A DNA stretch of 64,000 bases. It comes from the human T2T-CHM13v2.0 reference genome, Homo sapiens. The stretch's first letter is position 1, and each line of letters begins with the position of its first letter. Both the position numbers and the translations under genes were made by a program. Below the pieces are notes generated by a model that saw only the letters and a list, made by a program, of their open reading frames with translations, had not been told where the DNA came from and did not search any database. The stretch lies in assembly GCF_009914755.1 (NCBI RefSeq), contig NC_060925.1; one strand, given 5' to 3'. Positions 59,326-64,000 of this stretch are shown here, in pieces.

Positions 59326-61678
59326 CCTCCTCTCCCTTGGGCCAGAAGCAGACGTGGGGCCCTTTCTTCCCCATAGGATGCCCATGGATTGCCCCCCTTC
59401 CCGCTTCCCCCGAGCGTCTGTGGGAGGTGGCAGGAATGGCAGGCAGGTGTGTGGAACCCCTTCTGGAGTCATATCAAGGGCTTGGCTGGAGGAAGTCCTC
59501 CTGGAGCTGTTGGGCTGGCATGGGGCAGGCTGGCTGGGCCCAGCAGCAGCTTCTTCATTCATGGGGAGGCCACAAGCATGGGCCCTAGAGCTGGCTGCCG
59601 CCCTCAAACCCAGACCCTGCACTCTTAACTGTGTGACCTTGCATACGTCACTCACCCTCTCTGATCTTCAGGTTCCTCTGCAAAAGGGAGGTAATGATAA
59701 CCCTCACTCTGGGGGGCTGTTTGGAGGGTTAAATCAGTTATTGCTGTAGCATGCATTTCTCTGTCAGGTATTGAGTGAGGTGCTGTGATTTTAGCCCTGC
59801 ATTTTTCTTTTCTTACCATTCAATAATAACGTTTTGAGCACCCACTGTGCGCCAGGCACCATATTAGGTGCTGGGGATACAAATGTGAATGAAATGAATG
59901 TGGTCTCTTCCCCCAACAGTGTATCCAGAAGATTAATCCATTCCTTAAACAAATGCTACTTGACACAGATTAGTTCTGGATAGGCTGAGAGCTCTGAAGG
60001 AGTGCAGGCAGCTGCGAGCCTGTGTATCCAGCAGAAGGATCAGGAAAGGATTCCTGGAGGAAGCGCTGTTCTAGCCAAGACCTACGGGGGCATTATTAAC
60101 CAGGCAAAGGGGACGGTGTCCAAGCAGTGGAATGAACGTGGATTGAAGCTGTGAGGCAGGAGGGAGTGTGGCCTGTGCAGAAGGGACCGAGGCTGGTGAG
60201 ACCAGCAGGGCCTGGGTGGCCTCCAGGTCAGATGTGAAAGGAAGAACTTGGCCACAGTCTGAGCTTCTCAGGCGTATGGCAGGGCTGCCTGGTGAGAGGG
60301 AATGAGCTCCCTGCTCTGGAGGTATGCAAGCAGGACTGGGCTCTCACCTGCCAGAGGCCACAGAGCTTTCCAGAGGCTGGAAGAGGCCACTCCAAGGCCT
60401 CTTTGCCCCTGAGAGTGGTGGCTCTTCTTGAGGCCACCTTGCCACGCTGTCACAGGGAACTAGCAGCCCCTGCCTCACCCGGGGGTTTGGAAGATAGAGG
60501 GAGGCCTAGGAAGGGCCCTGTGTCTCATCCGAGCTGGGCCCCTTTCCAGCCTCTCACTGGAAGGAAGCCCAAGGATGTTCCTGTGGGGGCTTTTACCAGG
60601 CCCACCTGCCCTCTGCTGGCCATGCTTGCAGCCTCCTGACCCTGTCCCAGCAGGACAGTGGGCTGGTGTGAGCGGGCAGGAACCGCCTGCACTTAGAAGG
60701 TGTGGGGCTGCCTTCCCGAGCTTCCATCTGCCGCTGGGGCCACACCCCAGGCCCAGGGATGGGACCCCATAGTGGTCACATCATCTTGCAGCAGAACCCA
60801 GGTACAGCTCCTGGAGCAGATGGTGGTCCCAAGCACGGGTGGGACCAGAAAGGACTCTCACCTGGGCTAACTCAGCTGCAGCCTCAGTTCCCTCCTCACA
60901 CACGAGGAACATGGACTGGAAGCCTGCCCAGCAGGCCTTCTGCTCGATGTGCGTTGTGTGGCTTACGTCCAGGGAGGGAAGCAGCCTCTGTGCTGTCTTC
61001 TAGATAAGCCTGTATTCCCCGGGCTGTCTGCCAATGTATCCAGTTGTCCCGTCAGCCTGGAAGCTCTGAGGGAAAACCTTGGGCTGCTTCCTGAGCACCT
61101 GTATCCCCTGCAGCCAGCCCGGGGCCTCTGCTAGGAGCAGACTGAGCATGGCTTATGGGCCTGGCACCATCTGGCCTCTGCCCACCTTGCTGGCCTTGTC
61201 TTGTGTCTGCCCCTTCGACATTCCATAGCCCAGATCAATATCTAGTGGTTCCTCTAGGGTGGCGAGCACTGTTTGGTCTCCAGATGTCTTCAGGTCGGAG
61301 CTCACAGCGCTCTCAGCCACCCCTTCCCAGTGTAGCACCGGGCACATGGTAGATGCCTATTGATGAGTGAAAGCTCCTAACACACTCAGAGAGCAAGGAC
61401 TCCGCCTCATCCCACAGTCTGGGAGGAGAGGCAGACTGCCAAGGACCTGCTCAGCATGCTACAGAAGAAACCAAAGTGCCCACGGGACTGATCAGTGGAG
61501 CTTCCTGCCGAGACTGGAGGCCTTAGGGCAGGGTAGACAGTGTGTGTGCAGGCTGGGGACTCACAGTTCGGACTGTGCCCAGACCTACTAGCATAGTGGG
61601 TGGGTGGGAGGATGCGGGACTGGGGGCCGACCTTGCCTGAAATTCATGTGGGATCTCAGAGCAGCCACTGAATTGCTC

Positions 61679-62035
61679 TGTAGGGGGCTAAATAGTGGCC
61701 CCCACAGATACACACACCCAGACAGAGCCTGTGAGCCGGACCTTATTTGGAGAAAAGGTCTTTGTAGATGTAATTAAGCATCTCAAGATGGCATCATCTG
61801 GATTATGCGGTGGGCTGTAAGTCCTGTGATGTGTCTTTATGAGAGAAAGGCAGAGGGAGATTTGACACACACAGGAGGGGCCACGTGGAGACAGAGGTGG
61901 AGATTGGAGAAATGTGGCCACAAGCCAGGGAACACCAGCAGCCACCAGAAGCCGGAAGACGTGAGGCAGGGTTCTTCCCAGAGCCTTCGCTGCTGAGTCT
62001 GGGAATTTGTTACCGAAGCCATAAGAAGTGGGTAC
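61679..62035 (+). mobile_element. MLT1 LTR, sense, PCSK9 intron 3
   Basis: GGCTAAATAGTGGCCCCC...CCTTATTTGGAGAAAAGGTCTTTGTAGATGTAATTAAG...CAAGCCAGGGAACACCAGCAGCCACCAGAAGC. Confidence 0.8.
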
Positions 62036-63074
62036 ACGCCCTGAGCCTCCCACACTTGCTCACCTGTCCTGAGATGAGAATCTCTACTCTGCAGCATATT
62101 TGGAGGATCACTGCGGGGGCCACAGAGGTGCTGTTCAGATGGCACTTCAGAAGACTCAGGAGACCCTGGGGCAGGAGCAGTTTGACTGACAGCCCAGAGG
62201 GCTGCCCTCTGATTCCACCTGAGGCCCTGCTTTTCCTGGCTGCAGGGGTTCCAGGGCCAGGCCATTTCCGCTGGCGCAGGACTCTGCTAGCAGCAACCTG
62301 CCTGAAGTCTTCCTTTGGCCTGGCTGAGAGTTTCTGAGACCTGCGCTGGAGCGGAGGTGCTTCCTTCCTTGCTTCCTTTCTTCCTCTCTCCCTTCTCCAT
62401 CCAGCAGGCTGGACCTGCCTGGCATCTGTGAGCTCTCCCTACTTTCTCCTATACCCTAACCTTTGTCCTGCATGGGCGACTCCCCCAGTGAGTCTCTTGC
62501 AGCTTTTACCCCAGTGCCTGCTTCTTGGAGAATCCAAACTGATCCAGTTAGGGATGATAAAGTGTAGGGTAGGTGCTCGGTGACTGTTTTCTCTGAGGTT
62601 GTGACTCGTGTGAGGCAGAAGCAGTCCCCGTGAGCCCTCCTGGTATCTTGTGGAGTGGAGAACGCTTGGACCTGGAGCCAGGAGGCCCAGACATACATCC
62701 TGTCCGAGCTGCAGCTTCCTGTCTCTAAAATGAGCCGGCCAGCGCAGGTGGCCAGACATCACTGTTATTCTCCTTTGAGTCTTTAAATCTTGTTGTCTTT
62801 CTTGCAGACTCGGTGAGCTGTGAAAGGCTATAATAGGGGCTTTATTTTACACTTTGATACTATTTTTTGAACATTCATATTATTGTTAGATATTGATATT
62901 CATATGAAGGAGCAGGATGACTTGGGTCCTTCTTGGCAGTAGCATTGCCAGCTGATGGCCTTGGACAGTTACCTGCCCTCTCTAGGCCTCCCTTTCCTTG
63001 TCTATGAAATACATTATAGAATAGGATGTAGTGTGTGAGGATTTTTTGGAGGTTAAACGAGTGAATATATTTAA

Positions 63075-63329
<255 letters not shown>

Positions 63330-63494
63330 TGATGGGAGGGCTGCCTCTGCCCATATCCCCATCCTGGAGGTGGGTGGGGACTGCCACCCCAGAGCATTGC
63401 AGCTGTACTCCTGGGTTGCACCCCCCCAGCTGTCACTGTCCCCTCCCTGCCATCAGTTGTGGGAAGGGCGTTCATCCATCCAGCCACCTGCTGA

Positions 63495-63698
<204 letters not shown>

Positions 63699-64000
63699 TG
63701 ATGGCCCCAGACGCTGGTCTCTCTCCATCTGGACCTGGCCTGGGAGGTGGCTTGGGATGGGCCCAGGGAGAGCTAATGTCTCCTAACCAAGAATGCTGTG
63801 GCAGCCTCTGCCGCAGAGCCAGAGAACCAGAGTGCCAAGGCTGGCAGGGTTCCCAGTGGCCACGAGTGCAGATGAAGAAACCCAGGCCCCAAGAGGGTCA
63901 TGCAGGTAGCCCAGGGAGTTCAGCCTTGACCCTGGGTCAATGACCTTTCCACAGTTCCACACTGCTCCCCTTTTAAAATCTGGTGATGTCTTTATGTCTT

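Noticed and set aside
58925-62035. Inverted similarity within PCSK9 intron 3
   Set aside because: Explained by two old, diverged MLT1 LTRs in opposite orientation; too divergent to suggest a specific structure.

Overview
Human (or near-identical great-ape) genomic DNA from the TMEM61-BSND-PCSK9 locus (1p32.3), with all three genes on the + strand. It holds the last coding exon of TMEM61 (2072-2339) and the complete 4-exon BSND/barttin CDS (9422-19534; 963 nt, 320 aa). It also holds the PCSK9 promoter (HNF1 and SRE sites, CpG island) and PCSK9 exons 1-5 (50743-63693); the gene continues past the window. Between BSND and PCSK9 lie a two-LTR HERV-H/LTR7 provirus (33618-39285, TSD ATAGC) nested in a Tigger3 DNA transposon, and a full-length THE1A element nested in an L2. 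Many Alu, MIR, L2, L1 and MLT fragments and a ~1 kb GAT-rich higher-order repeat in BSND intron 1 make up much of the rest. The most interesting observation is a 10-bp duplication at the U5/PBS junction of the HERV-H, present in both LTRs. It opens a 464-codon leader-Gag ORF from the first AUG and puts the HERV-H splice donor in phase 0, so a splice to PCSK9 exon 2 would give an in-frame, signal-peptide-less HERV-H/PCSK9 fusion. This is a hypothesis; the sequence cannot show expression. Other observations: two identical CTCF-consensus 14-mers bracketing BSND, a ~120-bp inverted repeat with arms 2.9 kb apart, two template-switch hairpins, and an in-frame upstream ATG plus a uORF in the PCSK9 leader. 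Gene, repeat-family and SNP names are from recognition/memory, not database searches; boundaries of old repeats are approximate.
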